Source: a virus | IMG/VR virus record: IMGVR_UViG_3300022848_000011 | Coordinates: 1-64,000 of that record | Length of the DNA: 64,000 nt | Direction: 5' to 3' (one strand) | In this document: positions 1 through 8,878 of the stretch, piece after piece | How the letters are laid out: every line of letters begins with the position of its first letter | Numbering within the stretch: the first letter of the stretch is position 1 | Translations under genes and position numbers: made by a program | Notes under the pieces: generated by a model | What the model was told of the DNA's origin: nothing | Database searches by the model: none | The model's input: the letters and a program-made list of their open reading frames with translations, nothing else

Positions 1-99
1 AGAAGCCTTAAACTTCAATTGTGTTAAATTCTTTTTGTAGGAATTGTCGACATTGTTCTTCTGTTGCATAGTGGTTTGTTTTAGCTTTTAGATATGATA

Positions 100-200
100 G
101 TTCTTTAAAACATAGAAAAATATTCCTATGCAAGTTCTAGGGTAACAGGGACCATACGCTCCTGTTCTACTTCCTTCCAATAAAAACCAGTTCTATTATT
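100..200 (-). ncRNA. Probable TnpB omega/reRNA scaffold overlapping the tnpB 3' end
   Basis: Hairpin AACAGG(144-149)/CCTGTT(161-166) lies at the tnpB 3' end, where TnpB guide scaffolds are known to sit. Limits are not determined. Confidence 0.5.
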
Positions 201-1331
201 TTGAAGTAACCGTTCCTTAGTACCAATTGGTCTAAGATTAGTAACAATATTCCGAGCAGCGTTAAGGTCAGCATTCATAGCATTGCTGCATTGATTACAC
301 CTAAACTCCTGTCCTTTCCTATTGCCACGACGCACCCAACCACAAGAGCTACAGCGTTGAGAAGTATAAGTAGGACTAACATAGACAACTTGGACACCAA
401 GTTTTTCACATGTAAGTTCTAGTTTACTTTTGATCTCTGCGTAGGTCCAGCGGTTCAAAAAATTACTTGTTCGTTTACCTTTACGAACATTCTTTATCTT
501 TTCTAACTTCAATGTTTTTACATTGTCAAAGTTTAAATTGTTGATGTTCCAATTAATGAAACTGGTTCGTTGGCTTTGAACTTTGTTGTAACCTTTGCTT
601 CCTTTAACTTTCTTGTTTAATCTTTGGATTATCTTATTGAAAGTCCAACCATGTCTATCTTCTTCCTTGAACTGTCCGTTACTGGTTGTAGCAACCACGT
701 TGATTCCAATATCCAAACCAATGGTTTCACCTGTTGTTTTCTTCTCAACTTCGCTTTCGAACATGAAAGTTACATGTTTAGCATTAAGCCTAATTCCTGT
801 TTTTACTTTACCATTTAATGAATTAAAATGTTTCGTTTTCTTCAATGGAATCTCTATTTTCAACTTGTTGCCTAAACTTGAAAATGTTAACCAAATATCA
901 AAGCTAGTTTCATTCTCAAAGTCAAAACTAACAAACCTACTATCTAACTCAGGATTTAAATATTTGATGTTAGGTTTATCGTTTTTGTTTATAAAGTTTT
1001 TTAACTTTCTGGCTTTTTTGAATAATTTTTGTTTAAGCAATTGTTCGTAAACGTATTGTCTTTCTTTGTTCTTTTTCTTGGTTCCACGGATGATTCCACT
1101 AGATTGTTTTGCTGCACATTGGACTGCTCTTGCACTTAGCCAAGTTTCTACTTGACTTGTAACTTTTTTTGGTAAAAGCTTAGGAACATCATCTTTTTCC
1201 CATAATAGATCAATGAAAAATTGTGTAACTTTCTTATATTCTTCAATGAATAGAATTAAGTTTTGTTTCTTTTCTTTGTTGGAAAATTTAGTTGAAAGTT
1301 TTGAGGATCTAATCATTTTGTAGTTCCTCAA
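126..1331 (-). CDS. tnpB: TnpB RNA-guided endonuclease (IS607-associated)
   Basis: RuvC motifs GLDIG (D), LKLEKI (E) and NADLNAARNI (D) are all intact. Zn ribbon TSQRCSSCG...FRCNQC. 401 aa. Confidence 0.93.
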   Translation of the reverse strand: MRNYKMIRSSKLSTKFSNKEKKQNLILFIEEYKKVTQFFIDLLWEKDDVPKLLPKKVTSQVETWLSARAVQCAAKQSSGIIRGTKKKNKERQYVYEQLLKQKLFKKARKLKNFINKNDKPNIKYLNPELDSRFVSFDFENETSFDIWLTFSSLGNKLKIEIPLKKTKHFNSLNGKVKTGIRLNAKHVTFMFESEVEKKTTGETIGLDIGINVVATTSNGQFKEEDRHGWTFNKIIQRLNKKVKGSKGYNKVQSQRTSFINWNINNLNFDNVKTLKLEKIKNVRKGKRTSNFLNRWTYAEIKSKLELTCEKLGVQVVYVSPTYTSQRCSSCGWVRRGNRKGQEFRCNQCSNAMNADLNAARNIVTNLRPIGTKERLLQNNRTGFYWKEVEQERMVPVTLELA

Positions 1332-1824
1332 TTAACTTTTCTGTTTTACGTTTACTTCTACGTTGTCCATAAATTTTTGCACAAAAACTTGTAATTATTG
1401 AAACGAAATCTTCAATAATGTTTTCTTTTTCGTCATCTGAGTTGTTTAGGACAACGATTTCACCAGCTAATTTTGTTTCGGCGTAATAATTAACAGGTCC
1501 TAGTTCATCATCTATTTTGTAATCCCCTTTATTTCCACTAAAAACGTAGTCTGTAGAGATATAAACTAATTTAGAATTATTTTTTTGACAGTATTCTGCA
1601 ATATTACAAACACCTTTTATATTGGTCTTCATTCCTAATAATTTATTTTGGATACATTCTTTATTTTTGATAGCAGCACATAAGATAACTACTTCATGTT
1701 TAGGGTAGTTAATTTTTTTTGTGATATCTAATTCTTGGTGGGATGGGCAGGAGGCATTAGGCAGATGTTTTTGAATCTTACTCCCAAGTATTCCACTTGC
1801 ACCTATTATAAGTATTTTGTTCAT
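1309..1824 (-). CDS. Chimera: N-terminal dTDP-4-dehydrorhamnose reductase (RmlD-like SDR) half fused in frame to the IS607 TnpA C-terminus
   Basis: GASGILG Rossmann motif, ISTDYVF and YAETKLAGE (YxxxK), then an abrupt switch near 1460 to TnpA-like sequence. Confidence 0.8.
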   Translation of the reverse strand: MNKILIIGASGILGSKIQKHLPNASCPSHQELDITKKINYPKHEVVILCAAIKNKECIQNKLLGMKTNIKGVCNIAEYCQKNNSKLVYISTDYVFSGNKGDYKIDDELGPVNYYAETKLAGEIVVLNNSDDEKENIIEDFVSIITSFCAKIYGQRRSKRKTEKLIEELQND

Positions 1825-1827
1825 TAT

Positions 1828-1929
1828 TCACAGAGGAATATTGCATATTAAATATAATATAATAACGCTAATTGTTATTGTACATAATAACGCTAATATA
1901 ATTGATAATATTGTTGGTAAACGATTCAT
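1828..1929 (-). CDS. Small 33-aa single-TM membrane peptide (not in ORF track)
   Basis: Manual translation MNRLPTILSIILALLCTITISVIILYLICNIPL*. It fills the gap exactly: 1 nt after the upstream stop and 3 nt before the next ATG. Confidence 0.65.
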   Translation of the reverse strand: MNRLPTILSIILALLCTITISVIILYLICNIPL

Positions 1930-1930
1930 A

Positions 1931-2773
1931 TTACTTTCTATCTTTGATTATTTGTTGCATAAAATGGCTATTAATTGTTGGGTTAAATTCAAGAAGTGAA
2001 TCAAATGGACTTACAGCTAGATTCATTCCATTTTTTGCTTGATAGTGGAGTTTGTGAAAGACGGGAGGTATTCCATGTTTATAGTGAATAATATCTGTAT
2101 CTTCTCTTGCGTCTACAAGATGTGATTCTCGATAGACTCCAGCCATTGAAGAGTATCCTACATATTCTGCCATTGTTAGAATCCAGGCAGCTTTTTCTTT
2201 TGAAAACTCTTCAGGTCTATTTTTTATTATTTTTCTCAGGTTGACTACAAGGCTATTGTGGAAATTTTCGTGTAATTTATAAAAAGATATGGAGCATGTA
2301 GGGATCATTTGTGGTGGCATATCTTTATAGAAATCTTTTTCTTTTGGGACTTTTTTATTTTTTTCCACAAAGATTTCTTTTATTTCTTCACTAAATCTTT
2401 CTAATATTCCAAATTCTTCACCTATTGAGAACACGATATCAGTTTTTGCCTCATCAGAGATGGGTTTTTTCAGTAGCATGTCTGCATGAAGAATTGTGAA
2501 AGGTGTTTTGATATACTCATTTTTTATGGCGGCGTGGAAGGACATGATTCGATTAGCCCCAAGACAGTTCATAGATTTATTATAATCTTCGTGTAGTACT
2601 TTTCTTTTATGAGCAATAATATTTTTTGAGAATTCACCTATTTTAGGTTCACTATCTTGTCCGATACAGATCAGTAGTTTGTCTTCAAGATTTAATTTTC
2701 TGAATGATTCGATCAGTAATTCTGTTTGCCATAGTTGATAATTAGTATTTTTAATACTTAGAATATAATCCAT
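1931..2773 (-). CDS. Glycosyltransferase-like protein resembling the HPAT/SRGT1 (GT95/GT96) peptide O-glycosyltransferase domain
   Basis: NYQLWQTELLIESF, ILHADMLLKKPI, AWILTM and IIHY recall, in order, the YxxWQ..L..SF, LDxDM, WIxEM and HY motifs. DxD appears as HAD. Confidence 0.5.
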   Translation of the reverse strand: MDYILSIKNTNYQLWQTELLIESFRKLNLEDKLLICIGQDSEPKIGEFSKNIIAHKRKVLHEDYNKSMNCLGANRIMSFHAAIKNEYIKTPFTILHADMLLKKPISDEAKTDIVFSIGEEFGILERFSEEIKEIFVEKNKKVPKEKDFYKDMPPQMIPTCSISFYKLHENFHNSLVVNLRKIIKNRPEEFSKEKAAWILTMAEYVGYSSMAGVYRESHLVDAREDTDIIHYKHGIPPVFHKLHYQAKNGMNLAVSPFDSLLEFNPTINSHFMQQIIKDRK

Positions 2774-2788
2774 ATTTTCCTCTAAAAA

Positions 2789-3526
2789 TTATTTGGAGCC
2801 TGCCCATATATTAGAATTAGAGTAATCAACTTTCCATTTAAATGAATTTGGGTTTAAAAAAGCCATAATCTTTTGAACATGGTTTCTTGGATCGTTTGTC
2901 ATTCTTACTTCGCTGTGACCATTATTATAAAAATGCTCACCTGTTTCTTTTCTAAGTTTAATTAATTCATAAACTAGTTTTTTAGACATTTCTTTAGCTT
3001 CGTGGGCACTTCTTACACGAATTCTTGTACCTTCTTTATTAGCCACGATGTATAGTTGAGATAGTCCTTTCATATCTCGTCCAGTAAAGATACTATCGCT
3101 AAAATTGTATAGATAGTCATCTTTCCATGGTTTAATGACTTCCATTCCAATATCATCTCCTGTGTCTCGATATTTTATTTGAAATGGCATTGGACCACGA
3201 GCTACAAGAGGTTTTATTCTTGGGTCTTCTGAATCGACTAAGAACCCATCAACTTTATCATACATATCTTGTGCTTCGGTAGGTTCTTGGATAGTCCATC
3301 CTCTATCTCTTAATGAATTCACTATTTTCTTTTCGATAGATATACCGAATTTTACTGAGTCTATTCGGTTTGAGAATCTACTGTTTTGTCTATCAACTGG
3401 TTGTTTTTGTTTGTCGAAAATACTACTTGTTTGACTTTGTTTTCCAAATGCGCCAGGGGTAGGACCTTTTCTTACTTCATGTAAAAACTCAAATTCTGTT
3501 TTGTATAAAAATTCCTTAAAATTCAT
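2789..3526 (-). CDS. Putative PD-(D/E)XK-type nuclease with capsid-targeting-like N-terminus
   Basis: GISIEKKI...DMYDKVDGFL...FQIKYR pattern. N-terminus MNFKEFL...LHE. Confidence 0.5.
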   Translation of the reverse strand: MNFKEFLYKTEFEFLHEVRKGPTPGAFGKQSQTSSIFDKQKQPVDRQNSRFSNRIDSVKFGISIEKKIVNSLRDRGWTIQEPTEAQDMYDKVDGFLVDSEDPRIKPLVARGPMPFQIKYRDTGDDIGMEVIKPWKDDYLYNFSDSIFTGRDMKGLSQLYIVANKEGTRIRVRSAHEAKEMSKKLVYELIKLRKETGEHFYNNGHSEVRMTNDPRNHVQKIMAFLNPNSFKWKVDYSNSNIWAGSK

Positions 3527-4815
3527 TTAAAATTCCTGTATTTTGTCATAGCCTTTACTTTATTAGCCCATGCTGGTCTTCTTTGTTTAATCAAACCTTC
3601 TGAATCAGATAAATTATACGCTTGAATCCAACTATCAATTAGTTTAGGTGATATACCAAGAATTGACTTATTATGAATAACATCAACAAAATTATCGTCA
3701 TTCAATTGATCTAATTTAACAAAGAACAAGACTTTTTCTCTATCAGAATCTTCCCAGCCTGTTTCATAAGTACCTTCTGGGCTTGTGGTTAATCTGTTGA
3801 TGTACTTTGTAATATTATCTGAAGGGTTATTTTTTAGAATCCAAGATAGTTTAACATGTGGATCAGAGCATCTACTAATACTTTCAGGTACTTCTTGATT
3901 TAAATCGAGATTAGCAAACAAGGAATTTGTCAAATTGTTATTTTTGTATAATTTGATAAGTGTTTGTATATCTATATCATCATCAGACAGAGATTTCATT
4001 AATTCTTCTCTGGCTTGTCTTGGACTAATCCTAGACATATCTTTAATGCTTTTAACTAAATCGTCATCTAATTTAGAGTTTTTGGACATTTTAGATTGAA
4101 ATCGCATTGCTCTTAATGCTCTAGTTGGGTCTTCTGATAATCTATCTTTTGAAGAACCAACCATTCTTACAATTCCATGTTGTATATCGTGCCAACCTTT
4201 ATTAGTTGGATCGAATAATTTATTATTTTCTCCATCTGGTTTAGACAATTCAATATAAAGAGCGTTAATTGTCATGTCTCTTTTTTCTGCATCTACTTCT
4301 AGGTCATTAGTGAAGTTGGTGGAGAAACTACCTGTTTTCGGGTCTTCATTGAGAGTATGGATGTTGAATTGCATTCCATCTACGGTTACTTTAACCCCAA
4401 CGGCTTCATTATTTTCTTCTATTAATTCAAATTCTTTTGAATCATCTTTTTTGGGGTTAACTTTAAAGGGAACTGGTATGTTCCCTTTAGGTTCATTCAT
4501 ATAGAAGTTTGCTGCATTTAGTATATGCATCATCTGTACAGGTGTGGCATCTGTGACCAAGTGAAATTCTTTTGGGGTTTTATTTGTTAGAAAATCTCTT
4601 ACAGATCCACCACAAAGATACAGTGCTTTCTTAGAAAGTTTTATTTCCTTAGAAGTATCGCTCATTATTTCTACATTGGAACTATTTCCGAAAGCCTCGA
4701 TAATCTTACCTAAACTTTTTGGAGGAATAAAACCTTTGTCTAATTGTATAAATTTTTTAGAAGGATTCTTTTTTTCTTCATCCTTTTCTTCTAAAAAAAC
4801 TTTAAAATTTATCAT
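3523..4815 (-). CDS. Class II tRNA nucleotidyltransferase (CCA/poly(A) polymerase family) homologue with altered catalytic motif
   Basis: GGSVRD, KRDMTINAL and EDPTRALRAMRF motifs are present. The catalytic DxD reads EFH. Confidence 0.88.
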   Translation of the reverse strand: MINFKVFLEEKDEEKKNPSKKFIQLDKGFIPPKSLGKIIEAFGNSSNVEIMSDTSKEIKLSKKALYLCGGSVRDFLTNKTPKEFHLVTDATPVQMMHILNAANFYMNEPKGNIPVPFKVNPKKDDSKEFELIEENNEAVGVKVTVDGMQFNIHTLNEDPKTGSFSTNFTNDLEVDAEKRDMTINALYIELSKPDGENNKLFDPTNKGWHDIQHGIVRMVGSSKDRLSEDPTRALRAMRFQSKMSKNSKLDDDLVKSIKDMSRISPRQAREELMKSLSDDDIDIQTLIKLYKNNNLTNSLFANLDLNQEVPESISRCSDPHVKLSWILKNNPSDNITKYINRLTTSPEGTYETGWEDSDREKVLFFVKLDQLNDDNFVDVIHNKSILGISPKLIDSWIQAYNLSDSEGLIKQRRPAWANKVKAMTKYRNFK

Positions 4816-4827
4816 ATTGTATTTCCA

Positions 4828-5643
4828 TTAGTTAGTAAAATCATCATAAGCATTATTAGGATTTTGCAATGTGCCATCAAGATTATAATTCATAGGATCA
4901 TAGGGATTAGCTTCTGTTGGATATCGTTCTCCAGATCTTCTTGAACTATATCTTTGGTTTGTTGATGGATCTCCTTTATTTTGATCTCTATCTGGATCTT
5001 GAGGATGGATATTATCTATATCTCTTTCTTCTCTTAGCCATACGAATCTAGCACTGTATATTTTGCCATCCGAATATTTAGTAACATCTTCTGGTTTCTC
5101 GAAATCCACTTGCCTGATTAGATCTTTTTCTTGAAGCTCATCATGTATGAAAGATAACATGCATTGATATGTATATTTTTTAGCGTTGTTAATTTCTAGA
5201 TTATTGCTAAAATCGGGTGCTCTATTTTTATTTTCTTGACCTAATTGATCTTCAGTTGCAGCTATTTGAGGCGTATTTACATTTTTAAGATTACCTTCTA
5301 TTGGTAGTTGAAGAGGTAATACTACAGAATAGGTAATACGATCATCACTTATAGTTATTTTCACTTTCTTTTTCAATTCGGCTAAAGTGTGCCACATACT
5401 AACTTGTTGAGGTTGTATTGGTAAGTTTTTACTTACATTAGCCCCAATACCTTGTAAGAAACCTGGAATGATTCTGTCTAAAGGTTGTTGTAATTGATCT
5501 GGGTCATGGCTGAAGTCTGCTGATGGACCCCATAGTTGTGTGCGGTTAGCAACAACACCTATTCCAGGTCTTCCTTTTTTGGTTCCTGCAAAAGATGGTG
5601 CTTCTGCTAACATTCTTTCTTTTAACCATTTTTTAAATTTCAT
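4828..5643 (-). CDS. Hypothetical protein, possible head-internal protein
   Basis: 271-aa ORF in the operon. N-terminus MKFKKWLKERMLAE. Confidence 0.6.
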   Translation of the reverse strand: MKFKKWLKERMLAEAPSFAGTKKGRPGIGVVANRTQLWGPSADFSHDPDQLQQPLDRIIPGFLQGIGANVSKNLPIQPQQVSMWHTLAELKKKVKITISDDRITYSVVLPLQLPIEGNLKNVNTPQIAATEDQLGQENKNRAPDFSNNLEINNAKKYTYQCMLSFIHDELQEKDLIRQVDFEKPEDVTKYSDGKIYSARFVWLREERDIDNIHPQDPDRDQNKGDPSTNQRYSSRRSGERYPTEANPYDPMNYNLDGTLQNPNNAYDDFTN

Positions 5644-5652
5644 ACAAATTTC

Positions 5653-6030
5653 CTACGGAACTGCTGGTGCTTGTAATCCAACTTTTGTCAATATGTATGC
5701 AGCAAGGACAACCCACACTAATTGAATAAAAAAATTACCAATCTGCTTCCATCGATCTTCACTACTAGTTGACTTATTTTTCAAATCATTTATTTCATTT
5801 GTCAAATCTTTGATTTTTGATGAATTGTTGTCAATTTTTAATAAATTATCATTTGTATACAAATGATTTATTTTTGACCTCATTTCTGAAGTTTCTCTCT
5901 GTAATTCTTCTATTTTTTTAAATATTTCAACTTGACGAATTTTGAAAGTTTCACACCTTTCTTCTAATCTAGTTACTAGATCTGTCGTTTGTTTCAATAA
6001 CAGAGTTATATCTTCAACCTTCTTTTCCAT
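5653..6030 (-). CDS. Coiled-coil protein with C-terminal TM helix (holin/XhlA-like architecture)
   Basis: Heptad-rich N-terminal region, then FFIQLVWVVLAAYILT. Confidence 0.55.
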   Translation of the reverse strand: MEKKVEDITLLLKQTTDLVTRLEERCETFKIRQVEIFKKIEELQRETSEMRSKINHLYTNDNLLKIDNNSSKIKDLTNEINDLKNKSTSSEDRWKQIGNFFIQLVWVVLAAYILTKVGLQAPAVP

Positions 6031-6109
6031 AAATAAAACTCGATTTTATTTTCGTTTGACATTATTATATATCTATATATTACTAGAACCTATATTTTGG
6101 AATTTTATA

Positions 6110-6544
6110 ATGAAAAATGAATTATCTAGTGAAGATGAAAATAATTCTGATATTTCCGAGGCAGAAGAATCAGAAACCAAGTCTTTAATAACAGATAATC
6201 AGTTGATTTCTACCTATAATGATATTATGCAAAATTTAAAAAATGATAGGGATGAAATTTCTGATTTAGTAAATACTTTTTCAGATATGGTCATAAATGA
6301 AGGTGATGCATCCAATTCTAGCAAAGAAGCATTAGTTAATTTGGTTAAAGCTAAAATAGAGACTTCTGACAAGATGTCAAAAATTGCTGATTTAATGACA
6401 AGAGTGAAACTTAAAGAATCTAATACATATAAACCTTATTTAAAAGGTGGTCCAGACAAACCTGTTATTAACATCTATGATCAACAAGGTTTCAATAAGA
6501 GATCTGTTATTGATTCTTTGACAAAGGAGAATAAAAATGAATAA
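6110..6544 (+). CDS. Helical hypothetical protein (weakly terminase-small-subunit-like)
   Basis: Likely ATG at 6110 after the AT-rich divergent intergenic region. Two long helices plus a short beta tail. Function is speculative. Confidence 0.5.
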   Translation: MKNELSSEDENNSDISEAEESETKSLITDNQLISTYNDIMQNLKNDRDEISDLVNTFSDMVINEGDASNSSKEALVNLVKAKIETSDKMSKIADLMTRVKLKESNTYKPYLKGGPDKPVINIYDQQGFNKRSVIDSLTKENKNE

Positions 6545-7823
6545 TTATAATTTACAAGACTGGTTGAATGAAGATGAGCAAAATATGCCTGATTTCATGC
6601 AAGGTTTTAATAATCAACAATCTCAAGGATTTGATGATAATCAAGGTATGCCCCCTGAACCACAACAAGATCAACCACAACAACCACAACAAGAACCTCA
6701 AATGCCTAACGATCAAGTGGAACCACAAGAGCCACCGTCAGCAGATTTAGAAGATGATGATATTGAACAAGACTTTGAAATATGGAAAAAGAATTATTTC
6801 AAAGAAACTTTAAAACAAGATCCTCAGTTATTACTTGATTACATTCGTTCGGTTAGAGGAAATAATGACTTATCATCATCTCAAAGAAAATTTATTTATG
6901 ATAATTACGGAATACAATTAATCAGAAATAGTGCTGATATATCTAAAATATCAAAGCAAATACGAAGAGATATAAAAGATCAATTAGATAAAAATAATCC
7001 AGGGGTTTCTTTAGTTAATCATATAATGAGAAATTTAGAAGGGTTTCCTCAATTATATGAAACATTTATGAAGATGCAAGGTTATGAAGCTATGAAAGGT
7101 GAATTACACAGAAAATTCATTGCTTCTTTAACTAATAGCGTTCAAGTCACTAGTGGTTTTGATAAAGAAAATTTGATTTTAAATGAAACCGAATTTTCGA
7201 TACCAATCTCTACAAGATTTTTAAATGAATGGGGAGAAGTCCCTATTGGTTTCTGGTCTTTACACGAAGATGATCCTAATAAGTATTTGTCAGAGCCAGA
7301 AGTCAATAAATTAACGGATGGTTCACCAGAAGAAAGAGATGTACTTAGACACCGAATAATTATTGAATCTATAGCTGAATCATTTGAAAATAATACATTT
7401 CTGATCAATTCTGTCAAACGAGATGGAACTATTCAAATGGTTGGATTAGATTTAGGGAATGCTCTTAAAGGCGCATATGCACAAGGTAAAATAATTGTCA
7501 AGTCTAGAAAATCTGATAATAGTGAAGCTGTTCTTGATGAAAATGGTGCATTAGTACCAATGTATGACTTAAGTATAAAGTTTGTTGATGAAACAGGACA
7601 GATGAATGCCGATGGTTATCCAGAGAAGAGAGAATATGATTTTATTGAAAGAAGAAATGGTTTATTAATATTAGCGGCTTCTGATAATACTTTGAAAAAA
7701 GCAGGTTCTAAAATGCAAGGAATTATATACAAAGATGTTCCTTATAATGGAAATCCTGCTGATATTGATAAATTAAGGAATTGTAATTTTACGGCTTATG
7801 AATTATTGATGAGGCAATGTTAA
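6537..7823 (+). CDS. Hypothetical protein with Q/P-rich disordered N-terminus
   Basis: 428-aa ORF with GGAG RBS. N-terminus NYNLQDWLNE. Confidence 0.7.
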   Translation: MNNYNLQDWLNEDEQNMPDFMQGFNNQQSQGFDDNQGMPPEPQQDQPQQPQQEPQMPNDQVEPQEPPSADLEDDDIEQDFEIWKKNYFKETLKQDPQLLLDYIRSVRGNNDLSSSQRKFIYDNYGIQLIRNSADISKISKQIRRDIKDQLDKNNPGVSLVNHIMRNLEGFPQLYETFMKMQGYEAMKGELHRKFIASLTNSVQVTSGFDKENLILNETEFSIPISTRFLNEWGEVPIGFWSLHEDDPNKYLSEPEVNKLTDGSPEERDVLRHRIIIESIAESFENNTFLINSVKRDGTIQMVGLDLGNALKGAYAQGKIIVKSRKSDNSEAVLDENGALVPMYDLSIKFVDETGQMNADGYPEKREYDFIERRNGLLILAASDNTLKKAGSKMQGIIYKDVPYNGNPADIDKLRNCNFTAYELLMRQC

Positions 7824-8314
7824 TGGAGAATTCTTTCAAAAGATTTTTGAGTCTTAAAAATGATCAAAAAAGAAAACATTTAAAGTTAATGAAACAAATA
7901 CTAGAGAAAAATAATATAAAAGTGTTTGATCATTTAGACGATGAAGATCCTTATGTATATGTTGAAAGTATGGAGAAGGGTTTATCCTTTGGTGGAGTGC
8001 GTATTTATTCAATAGGAGATGAATTGGCTTTTCGTGTTCAGAAGAAAGAAAAAACCCATCCATATGGACCAGCTTATTCAATTGATATTCAGGAAATATA
8101 TACTGATCTATTAGATTCAAAAGATGTAACAGACGATGAAATTGGGGTTAAATTGATGAAAATGATTTCAGAAGGATTTAAAAAGTTTTTTACTAAAAGT
8201 AGAGAAGAGGAGAAGAAAACAACGAATCAAGATATGGGAGGTGGTTTGAGCGGTATTAATAATTTTTATTCAAATCAATTATTAGCTAATTTAAAGACTG
8301 GTCGGCGATTCTAA
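7817..8314 (+). CDS. Hypothetical protein
   Basis: Coupled ORF; the start may be the ATG at 7823. Confidence 0.65.
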   Translation: MLMENSFKRFLSLKNDQKRKHLKLMKQILEKNNIKVFDHLDDEDPYVYVESMEKGLSFGGVRIYSIGDELAFRVQKKEKTHPYGPAYSIDIQEIYTDLLDSKDVTDDEIGVKLMKMISEGFKKFFTKSREEEKKTTNQDMGGGLSGINNFYSNQLLANLKTGRRF

Positions 8315-8323
8315 GGTTGAGAT

Positions 8324-8878
8324 ATGGCACAATTAAGTTCTCGACCACTAGGGCAAAAAGCGCAAAAGTATTTCCAGCCAGCTTCATCAGGTTCAAATGC
8401 ATTCAAATCAGGTGAATTAATAAATTTTAACTATACTAACTTTAAGAAAGATCCCTACCCACTTGTTATTATAATTAAATATGATTTACCTAAAAGAAAA
8501 GTTCATGGATTGAATTTACATTATTTAACCTATCCAATCATCAAACAAATACTAATGTCTTACGCAGATAAAACTTTTAGTTATGATAATATAAAACAAA
8601 ATGATTATATTTCTAATTCTTATAGAGTTTATAAAAGTGATCATATTCGTCAAATAAGAAAATTTGATAGTGAGTTATTATTAAAAATTATGGATATAAC
8701 TCGAACGTTTGATTCTGTGGACAATGAATTAATACAAAAACAAATAGAACAACAAACAAACAAAGAAACAAATCAACCAAGTGCAGATCAAATGTCACAA
8801 GGGATACAAAGTGTCAAAACTGTTGATCAGATAGGAACTATTCCCACGATAGGAGATAATTCAAAGAATAATGGCTAA
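8324..8878 (+). CDS. T4 gp2-like DNA end protector protein
   Basis: GELINFNY...DPYPLV...HGLNLHYL matches the gp2 family signature. Confidence 0.65.
   Translation: MAQLSSRPLGQKAQKYFQPASSGSNAFKSGELINFNYTNFKKDPYPLVIIIKYDLPKRKVHGLNLHYLTYPIIKQILMSYADKTFSYDNIKQNDYISNSYRVYKSDHIRQIRKFDSELLLKIMDITRTFDSVDNELIQKQIEQQTNKETNQPSADQMSQGIQSVKTVDQIGTIPTIGDNSKNNG

Larger units (their letters stand above)
100..1460 (-). mobile_element. Truncated IS607-family element (tnpA 3' fragment, tnpB, right end); left end and most of tnpA missing
   Basis: The IS607 TnpA C-terminal signature (IVVLN...EDFVSIITSFCAKIYGQRRSKRK) overlaps the tnpB start. Boundaries are approximate. Confidence 0.75.

Noticed and set aside
100-1470. 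IStron (group I intron plus IS607) interrupting rmlD
   Set aside because: The rmlD-like sequence joins the TnpA fragment directly with no room for a ribozyme, and the downstream flank does not look like the rmlD 3' half.
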